The notes: generated by a model from the letters alone, not told the origin. A stretch of DNA of 64,000 nt from Octopus vulgaris (GCA_951406725.2 OX597829.1:13268001-13332000); one strand, 5' to 3'; shown: positions 12,101 to 25,365, counted from the first letter of the stretch. A program made the numbers and translations.

Positions 12101-13757
12101 TGCTAACAACTGTTAACGAGTTTAGCAATGATATCGGAATGGATTTTGGCCTTGATAAGTGTGCTAAAGCAACTTTTGTAAGAGGCAAGCTCAGGCAAAC
12201 AGCTTCTATTAAATTAGATATTGACACTACCATCAAGGACCTTGACCTACAAGAAAGTTACAAATACCTAGGAATCAACGAAGGAGATGGTATACATCAT
12301 GCTACTATGAAGGAAAAAATAAGAAAGGAATACTATAGGAGAATAAGGCTTGTACTGAAGACTGAACTCAACTCCAAAAATTGCATTGAGGCCATTAACG
12401 CCCTGGCACTTCCAGTAGTCCAGTACAGTTTTTACATCATTATCTGGAACCTTACGGAACTCCAACGCTTGGACAGGAAGACAAGAAAGTTACTGACATC
12501 CAAGAGCATGCACCACCCTAAGGCAGATGTAGACCGCTTGTACCTACCTAGAAGCAGCGGGGGGAGAGGAATGATGCAATTAGAGCTGTGCTATAAGACC
12601 TCTACTGTAGGAATGAACAGGTACCTATCTAGTACAAAGGACTGGATGCTGCGACTTGTGTGCGAACACGAAAGCAGCAAAAGCTACATTCTATTGTCAA
12701 GGAAGCTTATAAGTTCGAAAGGGAACTAGACATTAACCTTGAATCAGATGAAGAGCCGGAAACCACTGCTACCAAGCAAGCAAAGCGAATCAAGCAGACT
12801 GCAAAAAAGAACGGGCAGAATCAAATTGAGAGGCGGTGGAGTCAGAAGCCCCTGCATGGACAATATATTCTCCGAAGCCAAAATGCTGATGTAGACCAAG
12901 CAACAACCCATTAGTGGCTGAAGAGCTCTGGATTGAAAGCAGAGACTGAAGGTTTCATAATGGCAGCACAAGATCAAAGCTTGTTTACCAGAAATTACCA
13001 GGCTAACGTTCTCCGAAACTGTACTGACCCTAAATGCAGATTCTGCGACACATTTGACGAAACGATAGACCATCTCGTTTCGGGATGTCCTGTGCTGACA
13101 CCAAACGAATACAAAAATCGCCACGATAGGGTAGGACAGTATATACATTGGAAGATATGTAAACACTACAAATCCGACACTCCTGCTAACTGGTATGAAC
13201 ACCATCCTCAGCCAGTTGTTGAAGGTAAAGATGTCACCATCCTCTGGGATTTTCCAGTCAACACTGACAGAACGATCAAGGCTAATCGACCAGACATAAT
13301 TGTTAAAGACAGGGAAGAAAATACCTGCAGACTAATAGAAGTAAGCGTCCCCACTGATAAAAATGTATCTGTCAAGGAATTTGACAAACTTAGTAAATAT
13401 AAGGACCTGGAAATCGAAATACAGAGGATGTGGAATCTTAAAACAAAAACTGTTCCTGTTATTGTAGGTGCCCTAGGTATGATAAAAAAGGGATGTCAGA
13501 AACACCTAGACAATATCCCTGGAAAACCATGTCTCAAGGAAATCCAAAAGATTGTGCTAATAAGTACTGCCCACATCCTTAGAAAAACCCTATCAATATA
13601 AATGTTTGTGTTTGCATTACATGGAGATATATCTCTACTTCCCCTCCCCAAGCTTTCAGCTATATTTCAACAACTCTTAACCTTCACTTGCCCTAGGGCG
13701 CTGGGTGTGCCCCGGCAGGTGATTGCATCAAACATGCAGATTAAAAGTAAAAGACAA
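9177..13757 (+). mobile_element. Near full-length R4/Dong-clade RLE non-LTR retrotransposon (family A) inserted in (AAT)n
   Basis: ~520-bp 5' UTR, single ORF, ~155-bp structured 3' UTR; (AAT)n on both sides; no APE domain; C-terminal CCHC plus PD-(D/E)xK nuclease. Confidence 0.93.
9697..13601 (+). pseudogene. Family A polyprotein (~1300 aa): Myb-like N-terminus, reverse transcriptase, CCHC knuckle, restriction-like endonuclease; 3 apparent lesions
   Basis: KRIKWTREDY (Myb-like); NYRPITCL, WIDYRKAYDSVPH, RGIFQGDSLSP, FYMDDLKLF (~12049); CRFC..ETIDHLVSGC; RPDII..LIEVSVP..KLSKY. In-frame TAA at 10984, 1-nt frameshift at ~12680, TAG at 12912. Confidence 0.92.
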
Positions 13758-13773
13758 TAATAATAATAATAAT

Positions 13774-14329
13774 AAATGCCCTGATGCAGTACCTGGCAGT
13801 GGCTCTCGTGGCTTCTGATCTTAACTGATTGGAAGTGTTATCATGTACATTGTTTTGTCTTGGTATAAAAGATGAGCTACAGCAAATATTCTGCTCAATA
13901 CCACAGATTTGCTTGCCAGTTGTTTGTCCTTAACCAGTTGAACATGTCCCTTAGTGGCTGACGATATGTACATCTCTGATCACGAGCAGAAGTAGTGGGG
14001 GAGCATCATAGTCATGTGTTGAGAGGGATTCTTTGGGGCTTGAATAATTCACCTCTGGAAACATGGGTGGTTCTTTCAACATCCTTAAACAACCCTTATT
14101 CAGGGACCTTTTGAGTGGGATGGGCTACTCAACCTGAAGAAAATTCTAACTGGGCCCCACCTGCAAGGTCATGTGCCGTTTATCTTGATATGAGATCACC
14201 ATGTCGCGCACATATGGTTGTGATGCATGTGCCTGGTGTACCCTTATCAGACGGGTAGTCATGATGGGTAAATTGGGCTTCGTATATTTTGCCCCAGTGT
14301 CACTTTGATGGCATGCACTGCTCTCTCAC
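13774..14329 (+). mobile_element. ~555-bp non-coding (AAT)n-embedded SINE-like element, copy 1
   Basis: Near-identical to five other copies; starts AAATGCCCTGATGCAGTACC, ends CTCTCTCAC(TC)+(AAT)n. Confidence 0.85.
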
Positions 14330-14408
<79 letters not shown>

Positions 14409-14431
14409 TTAATAATAATAATAATAATAAT

Positions 14432-14989
14432 AAATGCCCGGATGCAGTACCAGGCAGTGGCTCTCATGGCTTCTGATCTTAACTGATTGGAAGTGTTATC
14501 ATGTACATTGTTTTGTCTTGGTACAAAAGATGGGCTACAGCAAATATTCTGCTCAATACCACAGATTTGCTTGTCAGTTGTTTGACCTTAACCAGGTGAG
14601 CATGTCCCTTAGTGGCTGACGATATGTGCATCTCTGATCACGAGCAGAAGTAGTGGGGGAGCATCATAGCCATGTGTTGAGAAGGATTCTTTGGGGTTTG
14701 AATAATTCACCTCTGGAAACATGGGTGTTTCGTTCAACGTCCTTAAACAACCCTTATTCAGGGACCTTTTGAGCGGAATGGGTTACTCGATCTGAAGAAA
14801 ATTCTAACTGGGCTCCACCTGCAAGGTCATGTGCTGTTTATCTTGATATGAGATCACCATGTCGCGCACATATGGTTGTGATGCATGTGCCTGGTGTACC
14901 CTTATCAGACGGGTAGTCATGATGGGTATACTGGGCTTCGTATATTTTACCCCAGTGTCACTTTGATGGCATGCTCTGCTCGCTCACTC
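14432..14989 (+). mobile_element. ~555-bp (AAT)n-embedded element, copy 2
   Basis: Same termini and body as copy 1, separated from it by an (AAT)n tract. Confidence 0.85.
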
Positions 14990-15137
<148 letters not shown>

Positions 15138-15142
15138 TTAAT

Positions 15143-15590
15143 AAATGCCCGGATGCAGTACCAGGCAGAGGCTCTCATGGCTTCTGATCTTAACTGAATG
15201 GAAGTGTTATCATGTACATTGTTTTGTCTTGGTATAAAAGATGGGCTACAGCAAATATTCTGCTCAATACCACAGATTTGCTTGTCAGTTGTTTGACCTT
15301 AACCAGTTGAGCATGTCCCTTAGTGGCTGACGATATGTGCATCTCTGATCACGAGCATAAGTAGTGGGGGAGCATCATAGTCATGTGTTGAAAGGGATTC
15401 TTCGGGGCTTGAATAATTCACCTCTGGAAACATGGGTATTTCGTTCAACATCCTTAAACAACTCTTTTTCAGAGACCATTTGAGTGGAAAAGCTACTCCA
15501 CCTTACGAAAATTTTAACTGGGCCCCACTTGCAAGGCCATGCCCTGTCTATATATGAGATCCCCATGTGGCACGTATATGGTTGTGATGC

Positions 15591-15592
<2 letters not shown>
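15143..15592 (+). mobile_element. ~555-bp (AAT)n-embedded element, copy 3 (3'-truncated, more diverged distal part)
   Basis: Same 5' end; stops at GGTTGTGATGCAT into (TA)n. Confidence 0.8.
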
Positions 15593-15626
<34 letters not shown>

Positions 15627-15628
<2 letters not shown>

Positions 15629-16015
15629 TGCAGGAGTGGCTGTGTGGTAACTAGCTTGCCTACCAATGGCATGGTTCCGGTTCAGTCTTTCTTCATGGCA
15701 CCTTGGGCAAGTGTCTTCTACTATAGCCACGGGCCGACCAAAGCCTTGTGAGTTGAGTTGGTAGACGGAAAGAAACCCGTTGTATATATATGTGTGTATG
15801 CGTGTGTCTATTTGTACTTGTGTGTGTAGTGTGTTTGACCCTTCTCCACCGTCGCTTACAAACCGATGTTGCTGTCTTTATGTCCCAATAAGCTAGCGGT
15901 ACGGCAGAAGACACAGATAGAATAAGTAGCAAGTTTACAAACTCTATTTATTCAACGAAATGCGGTGCTCCAGCGTGGCCGCTGTCACATGACTAAAACA
16001 AATAAAAGAATAAAA
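15627..16015 (+). mobile_element. tRNA-headed SINE family 1 (CORE-like domain)
   Basis: A box TGGCTGTGTGG, B box GGTTCAGTC, CCTTGGGCAAGTGTCTT core-like segment; many homologous copies in the window. Confidence 0.8.
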
Positions 16016-16142
16016 GCGAGAATAAAAGAATACATACATACATACATATATAAAATTAAATTAGAGATAAAACCACTATTAGGCAACTCAAACAGTGATA
16101 TACTCCCTAATATTATTATAATATATATATATATATATATAT

Positions 16143-16302
16143 AGGCGTGGAGGTGTGGTAAGTAGCTTGCTTCACAACCACATACTCCTCGGGCTCAGTC
16201 CCACAGAGTGGCATCTTGGGCAACTTTCTTCTACTACAAACACGGGCCGACCAAATCCTTGTGAATGGATTTGGTAGCTAGAAGCTGAAAGAGGCCCGTC
16301 GA
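16143..16302 (+). mobile_element. SINE family 1, 5' half
   Basis: Homologous to 15627-15785. Confidence 0.75.
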
Positions 16303-16357
16303 ATATGTGTATGTATATACGTGTATATATATATATATATACGTGTATATATACGTG

Positions 16358-16410
<53 letters not shown>

Positions 16411-17384
16411 TTATATATCAAAATAATCAGCAAGGATAATTTGTGTATCTCTATAAATTCATACTTAGGTTATATAACACTATACTGGTATATTCACTGT
16501 TTATAAAAAAATACTCCTTATATTAAAATTTTATTAATATATAATTAGTATGGTCCTTTACCATAATACTCCTTTATTAATACCAGAATATACCAATTAA
16601 TCAATATTCCCAGATACCATCTGATGAGTTAGCATTTAAGTATACAATATGTATAAATATTAAACTATTTCTGGATAAATTCTTTTCCTCTATTGTGATA
16701 AAAGTTTGGTATATACTCAAAAGTATTCATAAATTTCTATCCTTTTGTTATAATATTCTTCTTAATAATCCTCTGAATAACTCTAAACTTTAACTGAATA
16801 CATTATAGCAACATTGTTTAAAATATTGTACTACATGATAAGACTTCCCCTGTTTCATTATCAATGGTCTGCTAGTGGGAGACCCCCTTGATTATCAGCT
16901 AACAACTTGTTTTAAGTTTTCCTTTACTAAACCTCATGATTTTACTTATAATAAATCTTGATTTTTTATGACTATACCAGCTATACACGCAGATATACGA
17001 GTGTATGTAAATACATATATGTATAAAGGAATGAGACATATGCATGACAGTCGCCCTTATGCACCGGATAGTCTTACACTCATATGCATACATACACACG
17101 TACACTTATACATAAAACGAAAATGTTACTATCGATCAATTTTATTAAGGGTAAGCACTACCTATCTTGCCTACCCAGGCGGCATGCCCCTGATACACAT
17201 GCATACACATATATGCGTATTCATATATATATGACTCTACATATATATATATATATATAGTACGCATATATAATTATAATAATTTTAATGACAGAGAAAA
17301 ATCTAAATGATATGTATGTATATATATATACATATTTAGACTTTTCTCTGTTATTGAAACTATTATAATTATATATATGAAAAG

Positions 17385-17431
<47 letters not shown>

Positions 17432-18919
17432 TGCATCTATGTATATAAACATATATAAATGTGTGTGTGTACGTACATACATACATACATACATACATCA
17501 ACATGTAATACAACATATTAATGTGTAGAATTCGATTTGTGTGTAGAGGCTGTAAGCGTTTATTAATTTAGAGATGGGCGTGGTAGGAGAGGCAAGTGTC
17601 TCGACATGTATCACGCGTGAAATCCATAACGAAAGCAATTAAACATGATAGAGTAATATCCTTGCATTTATTGTCTCGTTCGGGAAGTAGAAGGCCAATA
17701 TTACAGACCGATCGCGTTTCTCGTTAAGTTTTTATTAAAGGGGATACGGAGACAGCAGTAGTGGTAAGGAGAGACAGAGCGAAGAGATGTAAGGAAGATG
17801 TGAGGTAGGTGTATGAGACACAGCAAGAGAAGGAAAGAAATGAAGACGGAAAGTAGGAAAGAAGGTAGAAAGGAGAGAGAAAAATAAACATAGAAGAAAT
17901 TATTTGTAATTTTGTTGTTCACAAATTGTTAATAACGTTTCATTGCATTTTTCCTCGGGAATCGTACAATCTTATTTGCTTGTAAATTTTTGAAATGTAT
18001 GTATGTGTGTGTGCGTATGTGTGCGTATGTGTGTGTTTGTGTGTGTGTTTCTATGTACATATGAATATGCGTATCTATCTATAAGTGTTTATGATTAAAT
18101 GTGTGTATTTGTCACTATGTAGACATATATACACATATTTATGTGTGAATATATGTATGTGTCTATGTGTGTGTATGCGTATATATATGTGTGCACGCGT
18201 GTATTTATGTGTGTATATAAGTGTACTTGTGTGCGCGCGTGTGTGTGTATCATGTAGTTATATATATGTATATCTATGAATACAAGTGCACATTCATACT
18301 CACACTCGCAGACACACAAATATTTACATGCATACTTATAAACACACACATCCACACATACGACAGGCTTCTTTCAGTTTCCGTCTACCAAATCCACTCA
18401 CAAAGCTTTGGTCAGCCCGATGCTATAACAGTAAACACCTGGAACCATGTGGTTGAGGGCATATATGTGTGGATACGCTAATGCGAATGCATGTAAAGCG
18501 CATGTTAATATATATAGTTTTTGATAAACTTCTAGATCGCACCTAATATTTATTGGCACACGCTTATATTTACACTCACGCGCACAAACACACTTTCAGA
18601 CGCGCATATGATACAAATGCATGCACACACATTGACAGACGTTTCTGAACTGCGACCAACCAATTTACAACATCCATTGTCAGCGCGTCGGTGTTTCCAT
18701 GATGCTTGACCTCCAGATCTGTGAGCCTCATGAATGGCACTGTGGATTCTTTTGGCCTACCACTCCATATCACCCTTAACACAATAGTAAAGCATGGCCT
18801 ACAAGCCGCAACTTCCCTTCTCAGCTCGAGGTTGCGCGGTTAGAACTAGGGGACGGAAAAAGCCGGACGGCATGAACATTTCTCGTTCCTTGGCGAGATA
18901 TATTTCCTTATTTTGTAAG

Positions 18920-18971
<52 letters not shown>

Positions 18972-18989
18972 GTGTGTGTGTGTGTGTGT

Positions 18990-19180
18990 GTCTGTTTGTC
19001 CAACCAACATCGCTTGACAACCGATGCTGGTGTGTTTACCTCCCCGTAACTTAGCGGTTCGGCAAAAGAGATCGATAGAATAAGAACACAGGCTTACAAA
19101 GAATAAGTCCAGGGGGCGATTTGCTCGACTAAAGGCGATGCTCCAGTATGGCCACAGTTAAATGACTGAAACATGTAATA
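18990..19180 (+). mobile_element. SINE family 1, 3' half
   Basis: CTTGACAACCGATGCTGGTGTGTTTA...TAGCGGTTCGGCAAAAGAG...AAATGACTGAAAC. Confidence 0.75.
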
Positions 19181-19772
19181 GAATCAAATCGCTCTGTGAT
19201 AAAATTATTTAGACGAAGTGGTAACGTTTTTTCTCTCACAGTATTCTTAAATATGTCGCTGTGTTGGCTAAGTCTAAATATGAAGGCGTTTGTCTTTCCT
19301 GAATATGTCTAGTTATAATAGATTTATGTTAAGCAGGAAATTATGAGTTCCCGTCTCGATACACTCCTCATGTATGAAGATTTTCTTTTCATGTCAGCTA
19401 AATTATAGATAGTACGATAAAATTGCAAATTTCTGTTGAGTATTTAAATTCCCTATCATTGATCAAGAATCTAACGATAGAACATTGCAATGAGACCGAA
19501 CACTAAATTATATATTTACACACACACACACACATACACACACATATATGACAGGCTTCTTTCAGTTTCCGTTTACCAAATCCACTCAGAAGGCATATAC
19601 CATGACAGTTTGCTTTTCTTAGCCTGACGAGCGCTGGAACCTGGACTAGTAGGTGAATACGCCAAGGAACGAGAAATATATTGGATATATTTGGGGTACT
19701 TAGGTCTGCTCAGGACTTAGTGCTTGCTTTTTCCATGAGTATGAGTAAGTATTTCATTTATGTCTTACGTAT

Positions 19773-19833
19773 TTATCGCTGAGGAGGGAAAAATTCTTAT
19801 GAATTAACCCCGAAATTGGGACCAATACGGTAA
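19773..19833 (+). ncRNA. Type I hammerhead ribozyme motif
   Basis: Stem I TTATCG/CGGTAA; CTGAGGA; stem II GGG..AATTC-TTAT-GAATT..CCC; GAAA; stem III TTGG-GA-CCAA; TA cleavage site. Confidence 0.8.
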
Positions 19834-20036
19834 TAACGGATTTTTTAGAAATTTCTATCGGCTTGTTCCGAGACGCATAAATTATAATGGTTATTGACAA
19901 TTTTGTCTTTTTTCGGCATATTTGGCACTAGAATTTTTCTTTTTTCGTAAGTTATTTTTTATTTTGTAAGTTATTTATAAATTTAACATTTAAAGGTAAA
20001 ATTTTTGTTTCGAAAAAAATGTTATCCTACATTAGT

Positions 20037-20090
<54 letters not shown>

Positions 20091-20091
<1 letters not shown>

Positions 20092-20255
20092 GACGGGCTT
20101 CTTTCAGTTTCCGTCTACCAAATCCACTCACAAGGCTTTGGTCGGCCTGAGGCTATAGTAGAAGACACTTGCCCAAGGTGCCACGCAGTGGGACTGAACC
20201 CGGAACTGTGTGGTTGGCAAGCAAGCTACTTACCACACAGCCACTCCCACGCCTA
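20091..20255 (-). mobile_element. SINE family 1, 5' half
   Basis: Reverse complement of the tRNA head and core segment. Confidence 0.8.
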
Positions 20256-21603
20256 TAATTGTAGGTAATTAATTATGAAATATTTGGAGATATTAGCCTA
20301 CCTATTCTTGTAATCAAAAGTCTACACAGAAATTACAACAATCTTCACTGCTCCCACTTAAATGTAGATAACTATGAGCACAAACTTTACTGCGGTTGTT
20401 GCAGTGAGAGAAACTTTCACATTGGTTTTTTGGTGCAAAATACATTCTTATTTATAGCACTAGCAGGCAGATAAATCCGCTACCTAGAGGCAAGACAATC
20501 AGAGCACGGAATTTTCAATCTCTTTGGGCTTGTCAATAATGGACACTCGACCGCTAGAGATAACAGCAATTCAACTACCCGCCAGAGATATATAGATTGA
20601 TAGAGCCAGAATAGGCACCGGTTTGCGATTATACACACATTATAGATAAATATAGATAGATAGATAGATAGATAGTTTGGAAGATAGATAGATATCCATG
20701 TATCTATATATCTGCATATGTATTTATATGCATGTTCTCATGAATGTGGCTGGAAAAATACAAGAGAAACAGGACATCTATAGACCATAAGATAATGAGT
20801 TAGCAAATCCAGCAACAAAGATACATTTTCAGCTTTAAAGCTATTATGATTGGAGAAACAAGGATACGTACCAAACTCTCTCGAGCAAAGCAGGGCAGAA
20901 GTTAGGAACTTGGGGACAGAATGCAAATCTATAATTTATATGCTACAATTCATATTTGGAAATATAAAAATCTGCAAGACCTTCTTAAAATTTGAAGGAT
21001 GATGGTTAAAAGAAAGTCATTTCCTTCACAAGGTATACATACATACATATATGCATGCATGCATAAATACAAACATACATACACATGCGTGTATGTGAGT
21101 ATATATGTAAGTGTACATATATGTAGGAATGTGTTTACATCTTGAATGCCTCTCGCATCGAAAGGAGTCCTTGAAAACAGGGTAATTATGTGTGTGTGTG
21201 TGTGAGCGGAGACATGTGTTTTGATAGGGTAATAAATAGTTTGATAAATAGATCTCAACATGTAGAACCATTACTTTCCGACACGATTTCTTTGTCTCAC
21301 CGACACAATTTCTTTCTCGTACTCTCCATTTATTTTTTTGTCACATTCCCTTTTGTCGAAGAGCGTAGGATTGAAACGTCAAAAACTTTTCCCTTTTTCC
21401 CCCGAGCGTCAAACTAAAACGCATGCTTGTTGTTTCCTCACCTGTCTCTCTCTTTTGTGTGTATGTGAACTACACATACACACACAGCGACACACACACA
21501 CGCGCACACACACGTGTGTGTGTATATATATATGTATGAATATATGCATACATACATATATACATAGATCCATACATACATTTTTGACGTTCCAAGCCTA
21601 CGC

Positions 21604-21604
<1 letters not shown>

Positions 21605-21635
<31 letters not shown>

Positions 21636-22136
21636 GAAATCTACGGATACACTAATGCGCAAAACGGAGAAATTGAAACAACCCCGAGTGGGGGAACAGT
21701 TCTTCAAAAAACCCTCGATTGTTTTCCTCCAAAAGTTCCTATGTGCTCGGAATCTATATAGTCCGAGGTATATTTGTAGAGAATTTCATTAAAAAATATC
21801 CATTTTCTTGAAAGTTAAGACGAATGAAGTGGACTCCGGTAAATTTTCAGAAGTTCCCCATCCAACGCCCTCCTAAAACACTTTCTCCACAAAATTTTGT
21901 ATAATCAAAATCTACATGATTTTCTACACGTAGAAATTTTCATTAAAAAATGCCCATTTTTCTGTGAGTTATCTTCATCCAAAATCGGGGAGAAAGAAAT
22001 TTGTTGTTACGCCAGATAATCATTTACTCCTTTCATCTCACTTTCTCCTACAATCGAGGGTTTTTTGAAGAACTGTTCCCCCACTCGGGGTTGTTTCAAT
22101 TTCTCCGTTTTGCGCATTAGTGTATCCGTAGATTTC

Positions 22137-22168
<32 letters not shown>
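21605..22168. repeat. Perfect ~118-bp inverted repeat (21605-21722 / 22050-22168) enclosing a dispersed repeat
   Basis: TTAGAAATCTACGGATACACTAATGCGC...CCCTCGATTGT is mirrored exactly, including the flanking (TG)n/(CA)n. Confidence 0.9.
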
Positions 22169-22170
<2 letters not shown>

Positions 22171-22502
22171 AATTAAAAATGTTCAAGCGGGGAATTATTC
22201 CATTCAATATCATGTATATTATAGAGATTATGTAACAAATTATATTTGTGTATTTAACTGTGCGTGTATATTCCTTATTTTTGCTTCTGGTGTCTTCTGC
22301 CTTTCTATTAGAAACGTTTACCTAGGAATTTACTTCAAGTGAAAAAAAATTATATGCAACAGATAACTCGTCTTAATAGCATATTTCTGTGTATGAGAAC
22401 TTTAGCTGTTGTTTTTAGCATAACGAGTTTTCTGGTGAGGGTTTCATTTGCCTTCATTGCCTGTTTGTTGCTTCAGTAGAAATCTGATACGGACGACTTC
22501 TT

Positions 22503-23300
22503 CCGAAACACCCCCAAGTGGGGAACAGTTCTCAAAAATAACCTCTAATTGTTTTCTCCCAAAGTTCCTATGTCCTCAGAAACTACATATTCTTATGTAT
22601 ATTTGTAGAGTATTTCATTAAATAATATCCATTATGGACACCGGGGAATTTTCCGAAATTCCCCACGCCATCCTCTCCTGAAACACTTCCCATAAAAATT
22701 TTGCATATCTGGAATCTACATGATATAATGCATATTCGTTAAAAAAATTATTAAAAAACTAGCAGTATCGCCCGGCGTTGCTCGGGTTTGTAAGGGAAAT
22801 AACTATATAAGCATTTTTAGAGAGTTACTTCCCTTATAGATGCCAATTCGGTCTTTCTTAGCCATTTCTGTTTTGGTGTCTTCAAGCCATGAAGTCGTTG
22901 TTCTAAAAGAATGCTGGTCTCCTTGACAACGACGTTGATTTCTTTACACTCCCTTCCCCACAGCTTCACGAGGGAGGGAAGAAGGGGGAGAAGCAAACAG
23001 GTGCAGGTGTGACCATGGACGCCAACTCCGCCGCCATCGACACACGAAAAATTATGCATTAAAATGGAATAAAAAGTGATGTTAAATTATTTTTAAAATC
23101 GTAGACTCAGCGTAGACGCGCGCTAATACTCAGACGGGCTCGATATGAATCACGACTATAAGATACCCGAATTTGGTTAAACTGCACCGCAAAATGTGGG
23201 AGTAGTTAGGAATCTAATTCGAAGGGGACAGACACTCACACAACTACAGTTTTATATATATAGATATCCATTTTCCTGAAAGTTATTATCGTCCAAATTG
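22503..23300 (+). mobile_element. Diverged second copy of the 21675-21990 repeat, interrupted by a Helitron
   Basis: GAAACAcCCCcAAGTGGGGAACAGTTCT...AAAGTTCCTATGT...TATATTTGTAGAG..TTTCATTAAA is shared with 21675-21810; resumes ATCCATTTTCCTGAAAGTTA after 23265. Confidence 0.65.
22759..23264 (-). mobile_element. Complete non-autonomous Helitron
   Basis: Minus strand begins TCTATATATATAAAA and ends with hairpin CCCGAGC-AAC-GCCGGG then CTAG; inserted between A and T with no TSD. Confidence 0.85.
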
Positions 23301-23455
23301 AATGTGGGTGGGTAGTTATGCCGAATATCTAGTGAAGTTCATTAGCTTACAGCTATCTCTGTTATAAGATGCATTGGAGTGCTTCAATAACAGTTTATAG
23401 CGTCATCGGAGCCTCGAATATGACGGGCGAAATATATGGGAAAGAATTATATTAA

Positions 23456-23489
<34 letters not shown>

Positions 23490-25330
23490 GGTAAAAACAT
23501 TACCAATGAGAAAGCCAACTCGTACGGCGGGGATAAATGTCAAGGGCTCCTCCCATAAATTAAGCTGATGATGTTCATTAGAGTATCGTTTATATCATTG
23601 TCGTGTAATTTTCTTATTTCCGCCCTGTACAAGACTAATATTTCGATCAGGAGCATATATATATATATATTGGGTTCTATACCAGGTTATTAGTTTCGCA
23701 ATGCCAAGGCGAAATATACACACATATATAGACACAAATATACACACATATGTGTGTGTGTGTACTCACACACACATACACATACATACACACGCGTGCT
23801 ATATTTTGTGTGTATATGTGCTGGTAATGTATCCCTTTATCTTTGTGTATAATCACGCAAATGTGTTTGTCTGTATGGAGATATAACGAGTGCACGTGTC
23901 AGTTCGTCCGTGTGTATGATCGTATATTAATGAACACCGATATTTAAGGCATTTAAATGAAATTACTTTTGGGTAAATCGATTTGCCTCTCAAATGAGTG
24001 TTAATTTCCAACTTCAAATTAGCAAAATCGTTATACATCATTGTAGAAAAGCATTAACATTATTACCTTATGTATTTTTTGAAATTTTATTTTGGGTAAA
24101 GCATAGAAAATTCAATTAACAATTACAGTTAAGATAATTAATAATACGAATTATTAAATTATTTTACTTAGCGGTTTAAAATATTTATTAATTCATAAAT
24201 TCGTTAATAACGTTCATTAAACGGACGTAATCCATATATTATAAACACGTATAGAATGCATATATAAATGTGTATATATATGTATATATGTATAAATATG
24301 TATATATATATATATATATATCTCTCTCTATATATATATATACAAACCTATATATATATATAGTTATATAGATAGATACATGTATAAGAATATAAACATA
24401 TGTGTGTATATATCCATGTATGTATGTATGTATGTATGTATGTATGTATGTATGTATGTATGTATGCATGTATGTATGTGCGTATGTATGTATGTATACA
24501 TGTATGTATGTATGTGTGTGTATGTATGCATGTATGTATGCATGTATGTATGCATGTGTGTATGTAAGTATACATGTATGTAAAATGTGCACTTTTCTCA
24601 CGATTCTTTGATATAATTTATACCCTCCCAGCCTAATTCGGTTAAATACACATCCTTTGAGAAATTACTGAATATGCATTAAAACTGAAAATTGCTATTA
24701 TTTCTATAAATACTCATTTAATTTACATTAGTGTATTTTGTGTTTGTAAATTTACTATATACGTGCGTTTTTGTATGTACACTTATACCTATATATATAC
24801 ACTTACATATATACATGTATATACATATATATATACATATTTAAATATATATATATATACATACATATTTATACATATATACACACCTGTGTGTGTGTGC
24901 GTGTGTGTGTGTGTAATTATAATATATTCCCTCACTTCAATGAAATATATTTTAACACAACCATTTAATTAGTAGCATACTAACAATCTTTTTATCTACC
25001 CTGTGTATATGTGTGCGAACGTGTGAGCTTGTATATGTGAGTATATGTATGTGTGACACAGAGAGATTCAGAGTCAAACAGAAAGAGCGAGATGGAATGG
25101 AGAGTGAGTGATTATGCAGCAATTTAAAAATTAAAAAAATTGCAGCAAAAAATACTAATAAATAGATATAAAAGAAACAACTAAAATCTTAATACACTTT
25201 CAACTATTTAAATTGCAAATTATCTCCATAAGCATTAAAAAATAAAGTAGGCTTGATATATTTTCGAATCTCGTATTTATGAGAGGAAATGTTTTCAATA
25301 TATACCATATATATATGGTTATATATATTA

Positions 25331-25365
<35 letters not shown>

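Noticed and set aside
13950-14000. CTGACGA...GAAG in the 555-bp element as a hammerhead (retrozyme hypothesis)
   Set aside because: No GAAA, and stems I/III cannot be closed convincingly.
16615-16680. CTGATGAG hammerhead candidate
   Set aside because: No downstream GAAA or stem I partner.
19618-19700. CTGACGA...GAAA-TATA..TATA-TT candidate
   Set aside because: Stem I does not pair next to the core.
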